Counted from the stretch's first letter, positions 25,823 to 35,625 are shown. The stretch is 38,368 bases of DNA from a virus (IMGVR_UViG_3300032312_000843:1-38368), one strand, 5' to 3'. Notes: generated by a model not told the origin, from the sequence alone. Numbers and translations: made by a program.

Positions 25823-28045
25823 TTATGCTTGTAGAGATGAAGTTGTAAGTTTGAGATGATTCATATATGCATCTTTTGTCGAAAAATTTGATACAGATGC
25901 ATTCCCTTTACTTCCTCCACTGCCTAATGGAACCATACCACCACTCATTCCACCCCCAGAACTAGCTATAACTCTTAAATATTCACCGTTTCGTTTCAAT
26001 TCATCTAATTGTGCAGATAAAATTTCGACTTCTTTTTGATTTAAGTCAACTAATGCTTTTTGTAATCCATTATCAGCTTCTAATTTCATCTGATAAATAC
26101 GATTAATTTCAGATCCTTTAATAGCTGTATCTAAATTTCTATATGCTTCTGTAAACATCATTAATCCAACAGAAAATAATGCTAATGGTGCTGTCATTGC
26201 TATCAATTGATTTGTTATACCTTCTAAATTGATATCAGTAGATAATGATTTTAATCCTTGTCCCATGAATAATAATCCAGTACCTAATTTAAATATTTTA
26301 TCAGCATCAATTTTTTCAAATTTCTTAATTTGATCGGCAGGATTCAATCCAAATATTCCAGATACTTTAGAAACAACACCTGCCCCTACACCACCCACCA
26401 TACCCGCTAGAAACGCCACTAGACCCGTTCCTAATGCCAATAGGCCAATACCTACTTGCTGTATTTGATTTGCGTCTATAGTACTAAATTTATTAAGTGC
26501 TTCTGCTAACAGTCCCATTAGCAATGATAGACCAGCTACAGCTATTGCTCCACCAATTAATAAAGGTGCTACAACAGGATTTAAAACTAATAATCCAATC
26601 CCCACTACTGCTGCACCAAAAACTCCTAAAGCTACTAATGCTAGTGCTAATGATGCTCCAATTGCAGACCAATCTAACCCAGCAAATTTATTTAATTGCT
26701 CTGCTAAATAACCCATTAGAAAACTAAATGTCAAAACAGCTAGTATTCCTGCTATAGCTGCTACTTCTCCCCCTCCTCTAGTTAATATTTCTCCAGTTAT
26801 TCTTATAATGGCACCTATACCAATCATAATTATTCCAATAAATGCCAACGATTCTAACATTTGTTGAAATGGTTCTTCGGAAAGTTTCTTTAATTGTGGT
26901 ACTACTATAAATCCCATTAATAAAGTGAATATTAATACACCAGCAAGAGATTTAATCGCATTATCTGCGGATATTTTTGACATTGCAAATAAAATTAATC
27001 CAATTACCCCAGATATTACTACAATTTTTAATAATCCCTCTCCAATAATGTCCCATTCAACAAATGCCATTGATTTTAATAAAGGAATTACCATTATTCC
27101 CATTACAAAAACAAATAAAGCAAATCCTGCAACAGATTTTAATACTTCTTCTGGAGGAATCATTGATAATAATTTAATAATTCCTATACAAGCTATCGCA
27201 ATTACACCAAATTTTAATATAGACATCAACAATACGTCCCAAGGCATGTTTTTTAATTCGTATAATGTAGGTATTACTAAAAATAATATAGTTGCGGATA
27301 TAATAGCAAATCCAATTGCTGCATCTTTTATCTTACTTCCAGCCATTCCTACCAATAAAAACAATCCTACAAATGCTCCCATAACTAAAAGTACTTTAAG
27401 TACTTGATCTGGCTCAATAGTTTTTGATTCTACTAGAGCTTGCACTATCATAAATATACCAACACCTAATAAGGCTAATCCAGCAATACCACCTAATATA
27501 CTTCCAATACCTTTCCCCTCTTCTTTTTTCTTTTTGGTTTTAGGATCTACTGATGTTTCAGTTATACCAACTAATTTAGCCATATAATCTCGTATAGAGA
27601 CTAATTTTCTAACCATTGATGCATTCCATTCTTCTGTTCTATCTTTAAATGCATCCCATCCTAAAGTTTTAGATATTGCTTTTGCGATGCCTTTGTTTGA
27701 TACTCCTGTTATGGAAAGTGGAGTCGAAGTTGTAGTGCTGCTTTGTAAAGCAATTGATAAATTATCTAATTTAATACCAATATCATCAAAACTATTTTTC
27801 AATCCATTAACAATGGATTTTGCATTAGACGCAAAATGTACTCCTAATGCTGATGCTAATTCTTTTGCTGTTATTTTAGCAACATTTTCAGACCTCTTTT
27901 TCTCATCTCCCTTAAGAGGTCCACCTTTAAACTCTGGATCTGCTGATGTAAGCTTAAATCCATTAGCAACTTTAAGAATTTTAGCTATATTCTTAAGCTC
28001 TTCAGTAAATTTATCAAATTTAGTTGCTAATGTTTTATCATCCAC
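25823..28045 (-). CDS. Tape measure protein (GTG start)
   Basis: 740 aa, Ala/Gly/Leu-rich helical protein with repeated hydrophobic segments. Lies between chaperone-like hub genes and the gp48/gp53-like genes. Confidence 0.7.
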   Translation of the reverse strand: MDDKTLATKFDKFTEELKNIAKILKVANGFKLTSADPEFKGGPLKGDEKKRSENVAKITAKELASALGVHFASNAKSIVNGLKNSFDDIGIKLDNLSIALQSSTTTSTPLSITGVSNKGIAKAISKTLGWDAFKDRTEEWNASMVRKLVSIRDYMAKLVGITETSVDPKTKKKKEEGKGIGSILGGIAGLALLGVGIFMIVQALVESKTIEPDQVLKVLLVMGAFVGLFLLVGMAGSKIKDAAIGFAIISATILFLVIPTLYELKNMPWDVLLMSILKFGVIAIACIGIIKLLSMIPPEEVLKSVAGFALFVFVMGIMVIPLLKSMAFVEWDIIGEGLLKIVVISGVIGLILFAMSKISADNAIKSLAGVLIFTLLMGFIVVPQLKKLSEEPFQQMLESLAFIGIIMIGIGAIIRITGEILTRGGGEVAAIAGILAVLTFSFLMGYLAEQLNKFAGLDWSAIGASLALALVALGVFGAAVVGIGLLVLNPVVAPLLIGGAIAVAGLSLLMGLLAEALNKFSTIDANQIQQVGIGLLALGTGLVAFLAGMVGGVGAGVVSKVSGIFGLNPADQIKKFEKIDADKIFKLGTGLLFMGQGLKSLSTDINLEGITNQLIAMTAPLALFSVGLMMFTEAYRNLDTAIKGSEINRIYQMKLEADNGLQKALVDLNQKEVEILSAQLDELKRNGEYLRVIASSGGGMSGGMVPLGSGGSKGNASVSNFSTKDAYMNHLKLTTSSLQA

Positions 28046-28050
28046 TAATA

Positions 28051-28056
28051 TATTTA
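28051..28056 (-). promoter_or_regulatory. Late-promoter-like TAAATA, 5 nt before GTG 28045
   Basis: Minus strand ATAAATATATTAGTG. Confidence 0.65.
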
Positions 28057-28063
28057 TTCATAA

Positions 28064-28810
28064 TTATTCCTTAGCGAATAACCTAGCATCAATTGGAAGT
28101 ACTTTACCATCAATAGTAACATATTCTGCCTCTTCTTTCCTAAATTTTTGAATATATTCGAGAATACTATTGTTTAATGTGACTGGAACTGATTCAATAA
28201 CAGTCAATCTATCTTTGATTGGTAATGTAGTGAGATCTAATGTGTCATTTCCAATTAAAATTTTGGTGACAAATTTAACAATTTCATAAATAAACATCGA
28301 TCCAACAGTTTCACTAATGGCTTCATCTTTATTTTTTCTTAATTTTTCTAATTGGTACTGATTAATTTTGATGTCATCTTGGATTTTAATCACATCTACA
28401 TGAGCAACTACTTCACTATTAGCTAATTTAATCTCAACTTGAGTATCAAAACTGTAATTTAATTCATTTTTTAATATATCATCTAAATTAAATTCAGTCT
28501 CTTCATCACCTTCTTTTAAAATAAAACTATTACCAAATGATTGCTTTCTTAAAGCCAATAAAATTGGTAATTTATCTGTCACTAGATAATCATATGTGTC
28601 CACAGAATTATCTAAAATAATTTGTCCAATAATATTGGAAATAGTGATACCAGCTAATGCTCCATCTAATCCACTTTTAATTAGATCTTTCTGCTGTTTA
28701 ACCGATAACGGCTTGAATTGCATCTCTTTTTTTGCTGATGGGACATACACCGAAATTAAATTAGAGTTATTAAGATCATTTAATTTTGATAAAATACTGG
28801 ATATACTCAT
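28064..28810 (-). CDS. Baseplate hub assembly protein, T4 gp26-like
   Basis: VYVPSAKKEMQFKPLSVKQQKDL...DKLPILLALRKQSFG matches the gp26-type LPS.....F+P..VK.EK.L / D...+...+R..S.G pattern. Confidence 0.7.
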   Translation of the reverse strand: MSISSILSKLNDLNNSNLISVYVPSAKKEMQFKPLSVKQQKDLIKSGLDGALAGITISNIIGQIILDNSVDTYDYLVTDKLPILLALRKQSFGNSFILKEGDEETEFNLDDILKNELNYSFDTQVEIKLANSEVVAHVDVIKIQDDIKINQYQLEKLRKNKDEAISETVGSMFIYEIVKFVTKILIGNDTLDLTTLPIKDRLTVIESVPVTLNNSILEYIQKFRKEEAEYVTIDGKVLPIDARLFAKE

Positions 28811-28846
28811 ACTAAGATTTAGTAACTAAAGTAATATTTGCAAGAG

Positions 28847-29770
28847 TTATCTAAATTTAGGCATAGAAGGCATAGAAGGTAAAGATGGCATACTACCTAC
28901 ACCTTGTTTTTGTTGTGCTTCTTCTTGTTTCTTCATCTCTTTATTATAGAAATTAATAAATAATTTACATTCATTCGGAGACATTTTCATAAAATGATCA
29001 TATGATACGTTCATTTTATTTGATAAACTATATTGTAATTCATAATAATTATACAAATCATCAGTAAAAATACTCTTTAAAAACAAAAACATAGTTTTAT
29101 CAAAAACACTAAGTTTAATAGTTTCTAATCCAAATTTTTCGTTACCAGTAATTATATTAATATCTGATATACAAGATTGTATATTTTTAATGTAAGTTAA
29201 AATATTTCCAGATATAGTTGCAGGAATATTACTAATTATAAGTTCTTTTTCTACATCTGTCAAGTCAAAAAAATTTAAAATTTCATCATCAATTTCTATT
29301 TTATCTATTATTTCTGTGTACATTTTATCAATATTATCAATTAAAAATGTTTTTGGTATTGATAAAAATACAGTATAATTATTTTCGCATTTTAAAATTT
29401 TTGTTAAATCTAATTTATCTAGTTTAGATTGTATTATATTTTTAATAGATATTATTGATAAATCAATTTTTGATGAATTATTTCCTGTAATTTGCAAAGA
29501 ATCTCCAACAGAAGATGAACGCATTTCTAGTAAAATTAAAAATTTTTCTAAATTAGATAAATTACAAATTATAGATTTATCTATAATTAGATTTAATATT
29601 AAATTTTCAAAATAATCATTTAATCCTTCTTCATCATTATTTGTTATAAATTTTAATATATCAAAATAATGACTATTATTTAAATTTTTGAATCTTATAG
29701 TTTGCTTTAGAATGGGCAAATATATTTTTGTTGTAAATTCTAAATTATGCTTCGTGTGCAAATAGTTCAT
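28847..29770 (-). CDS. gp26-like hub assembly protein with a gp51-like C-terminus (start uncertain)
   Basis: IYLPILKQTIRFKNL...EKFLILLEMRSSSVGD, then LYNYYELQYSL...SYDHFMKMSPNECKLFINFY. Confidence 0.6.
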   Translation of the reverse strand: MNYLHTKHNLEFTTKIYLPILKQTIRFKNLNNSHYFDILKFITNNDEEGLNDYFENLILNLIIDKSIICNLSNLEKFLILLEMRSSSVGDSLQITGNNSSKIDLSIISIKNIIQSKLDKLDLTKILKCENNYTVFLSIPKTFLIDNIDKMYTEIIDKIEIDDEILNFFDLTDVEKELIISNIPATISGNILTYIKNIQSCISDINIITGNEKFGLETIKLSVFDKTMFLFLKSIFTDDLYNYYELQYSLSNKMNVSYDHFMKMSPNECKLFINFYNKEMKKQEEAQQKQGVGSMPSLPSMPSMPKFR

Positions 29771-30440
29771 ACGTATATTGCTCAAACATCCAACTCACAG
29801 TATTTGTAGGAGCTTCGGTTGGTTCTGTATCATATTTAAGTGATTTTTCTGATAAATCAATAGGAACACATCCTGTAAATTTATGGACTTTTCTAGTTGG
29901 TCTATGAACGTCCATTACTCTATCTCTAGTGTATTCTACAATATAAATAGCGGATTTAATTGATTTTGAAACTCCCAAATTAATCAATCCTTTATAAGAA
30001 GCTGCTATAATCCAAGGACGAATCAATCCATCCATAAAATCTATATTAGTTTCTAAAAAATCAATATTTAAATGCTTTGCTTGTAAATCTAATCTGTCAC
30101 CCCCTACAATGCCTTTAATATAGCCTCCTGTGCCTTCTGTGCCTGCGGATGCAGGAGAAAACGATTCTTTAGGTAATTTAATGGATTGAGCAAAATAAAG
30201 ACCCAATCCATCTAAACTGGGTTGGGTCTTTTCATTTAAAAATTTTGTTTGTATAAAAGTAGGTATATAAAAATTGTTTACATCAATTTGTGTATAATCT
30301 TTTATTATATTAAATAATCCATTTCCTGCTTCAGGCTTTATTACTACTGACCATTGTGTAGTTAATGGAACATTATAATCCCATTGTCCCAATAGGGACA
30401 TGAAATGGTATATAGGACTTAAATTATCTACTCGTGCCAC
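29745..30440 (-). CDS. Tail tube-fold baseplate protein, gp54-like (GTG start)
   Basis: FAQSIKLPKES...LNIDFLET...HKFTGCVPIDLSEKSLKY...VSWMFEQY. Directly follows the tube gene. Confidence 0.6.
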   Translation of the reverse strand: MARVDNLSPIYHFMSLLGQWDYNVPLTTQWSVVIKPEAGNGLFNIIKDYTQIDVNNFYIPTFIQTKFLNEKTQPSLDGLGLYFAQSIKLPKESFSPASAGTEGTGGYIKGIVGGDRLDLQAKHLNIDFLETNIDFMDGLIRPWIIAASYKGLINLGVSKSIKSAIYIVEYTRDRVMDVHRPTRKVHKFTGCVPIDLSEKSLKYDTEPTEAPTNTVSWMFEQYTYELFAHEA

Positions 30441-30441
30441 A

Positions 30442-31032
30442 TTATCTATTTAGTGGTAGAACAGCAGTAGAGTCAAGTGCTTGCCTATCAAAAAAGTGAT
30501 ATGCAATGCCAACATTAAATGACATAACCGCACCGTTTCCTTCTGCCATACTATAGCTAACTTCACCTACTTCACGAATTGAACAACCAATTAAACGATA
30601 TTTAAAAATAGCATCTAAATTTTTATTTAATTGTAATAAAGTAATTACAGAATTCGCATTAGCTATAGAACCACCATTTTGTCCACTACCAGCAATACCG
30701 AAAATGTTTCCGAATGTTCTGGTGGATTCATTCATTAATATTTCACGAATATCGCTGTTTTCTGGGCAATAAAATTCCAATTGATAATTTTCAGCACCGG
30801 GAAATTCAACGGAACCGGGAATATTGAATGCTTGACCAGCATATTTTACTTGCTGATTAACAATATTACGTCCGGGTAACTTTGCAGTTTTTGCATATAG
30901 TAAACCCGTTGGTGTAATCAACGCACCATTATCAAAAATTACCGAATCAACACGAAATAAGTAATCTCTAGAGAAATCTCTTATTACCGCATTATTAAAG
31001 AAACTATTAATTGTCTGTTGAGGTACGTCCAT
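30442..31032 (-). CDS. gp19: Tail tube protein, T4 gp19-like
   Basis: RDYLFRV...AKTAKLPGRNI...YAGQAFNIPG...QLNKN...YRLIGC...VGEVSY...FNVGIAYHFF. Confidence 0.8.
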   Translation of the reverse strand: MDVPQQTINSFFNNAVIRDFSRDYLFRVDSVIFDNGALITPTGLLYAKTAKLPGRNIVNQQVKYAGQAFNIPGSVEFPGAENYQLEFYCPENSDIREILMNESTRTFGNIFGIAGSGQNGGSIANANSVITLLQLNKNLDAIFKYRLIGCSIREVGEVSYSMAEGNGAVMSFNVGIAYHFFDRQALDSTAVLPLNR

Positions 31033-31038
31033 ATTAAT

Positions 31039-31044
31039 TATTTA
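31039..31044 (-). promoter_or_regulatory. Late-promoter-like TAAATA, 6 nt before ATG 31032
   Basis: Minus strand AATAAATAATTAATATG. Confidence 0.6.
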
Positions 31045-31058
31045 TTCTTTTATATTAA

Positions 31059-32867
31059 TTATTTAGAAATAATAAATAACATTGTGCCAGCATCCCATAA
31101 TTTTCTATAATTATTATTCAACATATTCTGACTTTCTGTTTTATTTTCGTCGAAATTTTGTATAATTTTTGATAATTTATGTTTCTGACAAGAAAAACGA
31201 GACAGTATATTATCTCCTTTTATATAAACATAAGATGGTGGAGTATATGATTTAAACTTGAAACCGAGTTTTTTATACATATTTCCGTTGCTATATCTTA
31301 AATCAGCATATGATATAAGGGTTTTAGGTTTATAATTTTTAATAAAATAATTTAATAATTTTGATGCTCCCCCAATTACATTATGGTTTAATAAATTACA
31401 AAAACGAACTAATTCCCATTCGTAATTTTTATTAAATCTAGGTTTTGAAAATGTCATAACAGATACTAATTCTCCTTGATATTCTAATCCTAATTTAATT
31501 TTAGAATTATCCATACCTTGTAAATGATTTATATTTAAAAATCCGTTCTTTTGTTTATTAGTTAATTCTATTATTTTACACTTTCTCGCAAAAATTTTAT
31601 TATTAATACCTAATTTATTATTAATAATAGATTTCCAAATATTTTGTTTATTTAAATTATTCCATTCATAGGCATTAATTTGTAATAGGTTAATATTTAA
31701 ATCATTGCATTGTTTAAATTTATTAAAATGTTTTGATTTATTTTTAAATTCGTTATTAAGATTATTAGGAAAACTACTTCCAAATGAATGCCACAATCCA
31801 CCATTATATTCTATTGCCATATTTTTATGTGGGATATAAATGTCTAATTCTTTGTTGGAATTAGGAATTTTGTAATTTTCAAAAACATTGGATTCGTATA
31901 ATTTTACATGATTTAAAACTGTTTTTTCTTCATAAGAAATTCCAGTTCTGCCATAACAATTATAACATCTGATATTTTTCCAGTTGCCATCAGATATATC
32001 ATATTCTATAGAACAATTACATGTATTACAAAATAAACTAGTTTTACCTACATTTAATCCATTAAATTTATTCATATTTATAATATCAAACCCTTGATTC
32101 TGTATGCTAGGTAATATAGTTTCTATGTGATTAATTACTCTGTTTTTAGATCCAAATGTTTGCACACATTGTTTATTTGAACAACATGTGGTATACCCCT
32201 TTTTTAAATTAATGAATCTAGTTTTATTTGTGTTGCATATTATACATAATTGACCTTCGTGTTTGTTGTGTAAAATATTATAAAATCTATTGGGCCATTG
32301 AAAATCATTCGAATTTAATGATATATATTTGGTTTCTTCTATAATTCTTTTTAGAATATGTTTATTATTTTTTGTGTCAATTCTAGTAACACATTTTATA
32401 GATTCTGCTGAAGTTTCCTTTTTTGTTGAAATGAATTCTATCATTTCTTCTTTATTTGAAATTAATGTTTCATTATTTAAAATATAGTCGATTAAATCTT
32501 TTCTTTCTTTTAAGATATTTTTATTAATTGTTTCTTTCGAAGATTTCCAATTTTTATTAATCTTTCTAAAACATTTAGAACAAGAAGACTTATAACCAAT
32601 TATATTACTAATAAATTTCAAATTCGCTCCGCAAATACATTTTGGAATTTTCGTTATATTATTAACAATACAATATACACGTTGTGATAACGAAACAGAA
32701 ACAGCTAAAAAATTAGTAACTCGATTTATGTTTTTATTTAAATCTCCTTTTAAAAAATAATCCCTTCTAAAATACGCAGAATTTAAATTTCCGTTAGAAG
32801 TATAAAAATTTACATCGTTTTTTATCTCATTTAATATTTCTATGTATTTTTGATTGTGTGTGATCAT
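31059..32867 (-). CDS. Hef-like/Vsr-like putative homing endonuclease with Cys motifs and a C-terminal Mom/GNAT-like domain (start moved to ATG 32867)
   Basis: CxC/CxxC motifs. SYEE...ELDIYIP...IEYNGGLWHS nuclease motif. FLNINHLQG...WELVRFC...GGASKLL...LISYADLRYSNGNMYKKLGF. Confidence 0.75.
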   Translation of the reverse strand: MITHNQKYIEILNEIKNDVNFYTSNGNLNSAYFRRDYFLKGDLNKNINRVTNFLAVSVSLSQRVYCIVNNITKIPKCICGANLKFISNIIGYKSSCSKCFRKINKNWKSSKETINKNILKERKDLIDYILNNETLISNKEEMIEFISTKKETSAESIKCVTRIDTKNNKHILKRIIEETKYISLNSNDFQWPNRFYNILHNKHEGQLCIICNTNKTRFINLKKGYTTCCSNKQCVQTFGSKNRVINHIETILPSIQNQGFDIINMNKFNGLNVGKTSLFCNTCNCSIEYDISDGNWKNIRCYNCYGRTGISYEEKTVLNHVKLYESNVFENYKIPNSNKELDIYIPHKNMAIEYNGGLWHSFGSSFPNNLNNEFKNKSKHFNKFKQCNDLNINLLQINAYEWNNLNKQNIWKSIINNKLGINNKIFARKCKIIELTNKQKNGFLNINHLQGMDNSKIKLGLEYQGELVSVMTFSKPRFNKNYEWELVRFCNLLNHNVIGGASKLLNYFIKNYKPKTLISYADLRYSNGNMYKKLGFKFKSYTPPSYVYIKGDNILSRFSCQKHKLSKIIQNFDENKTESQNMLNNNYRKLWDAGTMLFIISK

Positions 32868-32872
32868 GTATG

Positions 32873-32880
32873 TATTTATA
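32873..32880 (-). promoter_or_regulatory. Exact T4 late promoter consensus TATAAATA, 5 nt before ATG 32867
   Basis: Minus strand GTATAAATACATACATG. Confidence 0.75.
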
Positions 32881-32890
32881 CTACAAGTCA

Positions 32891-32930
32891 AAAAAATACG
32901 GAAGAAAAATCTTCCGTATTTTTATTTTTT
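32891..32930. terminator. Intrinsic terminator after the sheath gene (possibly bidirectional)
   Basis: Perfect 14-bp inverted repeat AAAAATACGGAAGA-AAAA-TCTTCCGTATTTTT (32892-32923) with T-tracts on both strands. Confidence 0.85.
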
Positions 32931-32938
32931 AATTATTT

Positions 32939-35614
32939 TTAACCACCAATAATTTCGTTGAAATTAGCACCAGTTGAAGTAGCATAAAAGTTCACCAAAA
33001 TAAACTCAGCAGCACGTACTGGTTTGATATAAATATCCACAACTAGTTCATTTTGATCAATTACTTCAGGTGGATTATTACGTTTATCACAAACAATCTG
33101 ATAGTCATATAACCCTTGAGTATTTTTAGCTCTATCAAAGATAGGTGTTAATACCGATATTACACGATTTCTAGTAAACAATGTATTAGGTTCGAAAACG
33201 AAATACTTGGTTGTTTTCTTAGTTGCTTTTTCTAGGTACAAGAACAATCTACGAACATTGATACGATCAAATGCACTTGGTTGTCTTAATAAAGTCTTTT
33301 GACCAAATATGTTAAATCCATCATTTGGGAAGAATGCAACTGGATTGATCGAATGTTTATACATTTGATCTCTTTCTTTTTGTTTTGGAGTTACAGCTAA
33401 TTGTAATGCATTAGTTATACGACCACGAGTAAATCCTGCGGGCGCGTACCAAGGCTCGAAATTTTTATCTACGTTTGCCATGTCAGCCGCAGCAAATGGC
33501 GAGAAAGGAACCCAGATATTCATTCCAGCAAATTGATCATTAATTTTTACCCAGTTACCATAAGTAGTTGCATAACTAGTATTTGCAGTTTCGTATAAAT
33601 TTTTTAGTGGATTAGAAATTATTTGAGAAAATGCTTTATTTGGATTCGAAGTAGTTAAATAATTTGCTCCTGTTATGAATATTTGACGTAAAGGATCAGA
33701 TATAAACATACAATCTTTACGAAGATTTTCACAGAAATTAGCAAAAATTTGGAAAATCGCGTTATGATTTATTTTTAAATCAGCACTTTCTAATGGAATT
33801 TCATTCTTTTTTGGTGCAGCATATTCGTTTGCTTGTAATGCAACTAACCCTGCTTGTAAATCATCTGTAACTTGTGTGTCATCAAAATAATCAACTTGGT
33901 TTGCACATGCAGTTGCATATACTGTTCCTAACCCTGCTTCTACAACCAAATCAAGATCAAATATTTCATCATTTTCAATCTTACGAAGAGTGCGATCTAA
34001 TTTAAATGTTACGGAACCTAGTGCCTTTCCAGAAGTAGTGAAATTAGCATAACTTCCAGCAGGAAATAATGCATCAGCATATGTTATTTTTGCTTCTATT
34101 TGATTTATATCACTTAAATGAAAGCCTACTTTTTTATAATTACCATCACTAGTGTCTTTTAATGATTGAATTAAATGTTGTGAATAAACACGAACCTTTT
34201 TATTTGGTACTCCATTAACATCTAACCATGATCCACTATTTTTACCACTAATATATGGATTAATTAATGCAATAATATTATTAGATTTATTAACAGTATT
34301 TTCTAAGAAGAATGTAGAAGGAATTCCACCATTTTGGTTATTTATCTGTCTATAATAGTCGAAAGATCCAGTTCTGGCTTCTTCGAATGAAAAACTCAAT
34401 TTAATAGGATCTGGATTATATGGGCTAGTGCGAAGTTTAAATAAACCAAATGATAAAGTATCATCAAATTTTCTGCTTGCAATATCAGGGAAAGAATATG
34501 AAACGGTTTCTAATGATTCGGAAATGCTATTAGAATTTCTATTATTTCCAGCATCATTAGTAGCAGAAAGTGGGAATGCTAATTTAGAAACTGGTACTTC
34601 TAACATTTGTGAAATATCAATTCCATTAAATGATGACGAACCATTAGTATAAATTTTACGAATAGAATTATGATTAGTATTAACTTCTAAATTAGTATTA
34701 TCTGCTAATCCAACATAATGACCTTCCCAACGATTATTAATAGTTGATTGTATTTTATTTAAAATAATCAATCCAGCTTTGCCAAAATCTGCTGGAGATA
34801 ATATTCCATTAGTTCCAGCAGCAAAATCAGACCAATTAGAATTAGTATTGCTAAAAGCAGATCCATCAATTACTCCTTTATATTGATCTAAAGTTAAATC
34901 AAAAAATTTAGGTGCGCCAAGAACATAAGTTCCGCTAAGTTGATTTAAATTTTGTGTAACTTGAGTTGAAAGACTAGCAACAAAATACGTATTAGCTATT
35001 GTTTGTGCTTTCACGGCTTGTGTAGAAAGTGCTTGATTATTAATATAATTATTAAAGTAATTATTAAAGCCTACTACTAATGCATCTTTTTGAGATAGTG
35101 TAAAAGATTCATATGTCTGCAATCCAACAGCAGTTAATGTGGGTAATAAAGATTGTAAATATCCTCCAGCATTAATACACTGAGTTTGTAAATTTCCTAT
35201 ATAACTTCCATCTGCAAAAAAGTCTGCATCTATAAATTGATTATTTCTAAATACAGTATTAACAGTATTTGGATCTTCTACTACAGCAACAACAGGATAA
35301 ACCAATGCACCATAAGTGGACCCATACCCTTCCCCAGTACCATCACCATAAGGCATACGACTTACATATAGGTTTCCTGTAGATCCATTTAAAATTTGAC
35401 GAGCACCATAATAAAAATATCTTTCTGCTGCGTTTGTTGGTGTTCCGTATACTTGTTCAAATTCTTGTACTGAGGTAATTTGAATAATTTCATCACTTGG
35501 TCCCTTTGGGGCGAAACCAGTCATGAAAATATTAGTTCCTGCGGGTAAAATAGGAGATAATGTTAAATCTTTTTCAAAGATTTCAACGCCGGGAGATTCA
35601 ATGCTTCTTGCCAT
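32939..35614 (-). CDS. gp18: Tail sheath protein, T4 gp18-like
   Basis: SPGVEIFEKDLT...GFAPKGP...PWYAPAGFTRG...FGQKTL...SAFDRINVRRLF...FEPN...IYIKPVRAAEFI. Confidence 0.96.
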   Translation of the reverse strand: MARSIESPGVEIFEKDLTLSPILPAGTNIFMTGFAPKGPSDEIIQITSVQEFEQVYGTPTNAAERYFYYGARQILNGSTGNLYVSRMPYGDGTGEGYGSTYGALVYPVVAVVEDPNTVNTVFRNNQFIDADFFADGSYIGNLQTQCINAGGYLQSLLPTLTAVGLQTYESFTLSQKDALVVGFNNYFNNYINNQALSTQAVKAQTIANTYFVASLSTQVTQNLNQLSGTYVLGAPKFFDLTLDQYKGVIDGSAFSNTNSNWSDFAAGTNGILSPADFGKAGLIILNKIQSTINNRWEGHYVGLADNTNLEVNTNHNSIRKIYTNGSSSFNGIDISQMLEVPVSKLAFPLSATNDAGNNRNSNSISESLETVSYSFPDIASRKFDDTLSFGLFKLRTSPYNPDPIKLSFSFEEARTGSFDYYRQINNQNGGIPSTFFLENTVNKSNNIIALINPYISGKNSGSWLDVNGVPNKKVRVYSQHLIQSLKDTSDGNYKKVGFHLSDINQIEAKITYADALFPAGSYANFTTSGKALGSVTFKLDRTLRKIENDEIFDLDLVVEAGLGTVYATACANQVDYFDDTQVTDDLQAGLVALQANEYAAPKKNEIPLESADLKINHNAIFQIFANFCENLRKDCMFISDPLRQIFITGANYLTTSNPNKAFSQIISNPLKNLYETANTSYATTYGNWVKINDQFAGMNIWVPFSPFAAADMANVDKNFEPWYAPAGFTRGRITNALQLAVTPKQKERDQMYKHSINPVAFFPNDGFNIFGQKTLLRQPSAFDRINVRRLFLYLEKATKKTTKYFVFEPNTLFTRNRVISVLTPIFDRAKNTQGLYDYQIVCDKRNNPPEVIDQNELVVDIYIKPVRAAEFILVNFYATSTGANFNEIIGG

Positions 35615-35619
35615 AATGA

Positions 35620-35625
35620 TATTTA
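35620..35625 (-). promoter_or_regulatory. Late-promoter-like TAAATA, 5 nt before ATG 35614
   Basis: Minus strand ACTAAATATCATTATG. Confidence 0.7.

Noticed and set aside
25823-28045. Membrane transporter or holin
   Set aside because: No transporter motifs. Position, length and the late motif fit a tape measure.
26497-28151. Plus-strand ORFs within the tape measure
   Set aside because: Antisense shadows produced by codon bias. The same applies to the other short nested ORFs in the track (e.g. 12239, 24490, 34428, 38016).
32868-32891. ORF-track starts at 32891, 36791, 20071, 19647 and 7915
   Set aside because: These extensions run into terminators, promoters or neighbouring genes. Downstream ATGs fit TAAATA-N5 or TAA-N-ATG coupling.
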